NCBI GenBank assembly: GCA_964586235.1
Contig: CAZPIO010000008.1
Span: 19,893-83,892 of the forward strand
Origin: an uncultured Planctomycetales bacterium
GTDB taxonomy: Bacteria; Planctomycetota; Phycisphaerae; UBA1845; PWPN01
Reading direction: 5' to 3'
Length of the DNA: 64,000 nucleotides
Both the position numbers and the translations under genes were made by a program. The notes under the pieces are model-generated. The model was not told where the DNA came from. It saw only the letters and a list, made by a program, of their open reading frames with translations, and ran no database searches. Numbering within the stretch: position 1 is the first letter of the stretch; every line of letters begins with the position of its first letter. Below, piece after piece: positions 63,307-64,000 of this stretch.

Positions 63307-64000
63307 GAATCAGTGATCACGGGCTGCGCCGACATGGGAAAAACGACCATCCCGGGGTGGGGGAAACGCATCGCTTCCGCCGCACGACTTGCGTATGGGC
63401 TCCGTACGAGTCGGCCGCGGATGGGACGGCAGCAGCCAAACCCGCCCGTAGGTAGCCGCATTCAACCTGTCCGATGACGTGACCTGCGGTTTACAAAGTC
63501 TACCAGCCGGCTCTTTTTATGTCGCATTCCTTAAGGAATACGCGTTTTTGTGCCCGTGAAGGCCAACGTCATGCCAGTTGCCTGCCAGTGATACCCTGCG
63601 GCGCGCACGGCGCCATGCACTTTGGGGGCACACTTTGGGGCGCATTCTGGCCAAGCCGCGCCGCAGTTCTCCAATTCAATCTCCAGTCGCCCCCCAGAGC
63701 TATGCCTGGTTTGGTCCAGCCTGTCCCTTTCGACAATTTCGCGAGACCGAGCGGGGCGAACACCTGTGGGCAAGAATCCCATCCGGTACCCTTCGCATCC
63801 AACACGGCACATGGCTCGGTCCTCCCGGTCTATGTAGCGGTTGAACTCAGTCGCGAATTGCAGCGCCACACGAGTCCCGGTGCGCCCCGACCTGCGTGCA
63901 TAGCTGCAACCTGCGGTGTTTCACCGACCACGGCAGGGTTCAGATTGCCATAAGCCGTTCAATCTGGGTGGCCCGCCGATGGGCATCCTGCTCGTTGTCA

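Noticed and set aside
63519-63953. Overlapping ORFs of 144 aa (+), 112 aa (-), 88 aa (+) and 78 aa (-) near the window end, considered as a possible integrase or excisionase next to the tRNA-like repeat
   Set aside because: None shows integrase (R..HxxR..Y) or HTH/excisionase patterns. They overlap one another and are compositionally odd.
63943-64000. Open minus-strand frame ending '...DNEQDAHRRATQIERLMAI*' at the 3' edge
   Set aside because: Only ~19 codons are visible, which is too short to support a gene call or function. The gene, if real, lies mostly outside the window.
1-64000. Looked for CRISPR arrays, rRNA genes, intact tRNAs, complete IS elements or prophage genes, and toxin-antitoxin or restriction-type defence genes
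   Set aside because: I saw no regularly spaced direct repeats, no rRNA-like conserved strings, no complete cloverleaf, no DDE/integrase/capsid/terminase-like ORFs, and no defence-system signatures among the credible ORFs.

Overview
High-GC bacterial chromosomal segment. The gene repertoire (PEP-CTERM/exosortase, sulfatases, YXWGXW and TSP3/PKD/beta-helix lipoproteins) suggests a Planctomycetota/Verrucomicrobiota-like organism, but that is only an inference from content. An exopolysaccharide (EPS) supercluster on the minus strand dominates the window. (1) About 44.3->21.6 kb is a roughly 22.6-kb co-directional gene train. A NusG/UpxY-like antiterminator paralog opens it, followed by a heparinase II/III-like protein, a WecA/MraY-type initiating transferase, a GT26 enzyme, a fused Wzz/BY-kinase, an O-antigen-ligase-like protein, a polytopic membrane protein, a sulfotransferase, a flippase, three GT4 enzymes, an AsnB-type amidotransferase, DUF362 and a CapK/PaaK-like ligase. 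(2) About 17.3->6.9 kb is an exosortase module: EpsI, exosortase, three candidate cargo genes (two canonical PEP-CTERM proteins), a lipoprotein and a 1481-aa TPR protein. A large plus-strand TSP3/PKD/Ig-repeat/beta-helix lipoprotein lies between the two blocks. The flanks hold housekeeping or accessory genes (Gfo/Idh/MocA oxidoreductase, TIM-barrel isomerase, YpfJ, YidB, an AsmA/TamB-like protein) and a plus-strand glycan-degradation cluster of sulfatase plus putative glycoside hydrolases at 53.9-62.5 kb. The items I rate most worth following up: two ~125-nt direct repeats, each carrying a tRNA-Glu-like 3' half plus hairpins and a terminator, that bracket a 3.3-kb segment; a signal-peptide protein whose PEP-CTERM-like sorting signal is internal and followed by a Cys/His-rich tail; a ~1.6-kb non-coding region upstream of the antiterminator gene; an IS5-family transposase remnant inside the operon head; and the predicted sulfated and amidated chemistry of the polymer. 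I saw no CRISPR array, rRNA or intact tRNA. Many long antisense ORFs in the track are high-GC shadow ORFs.
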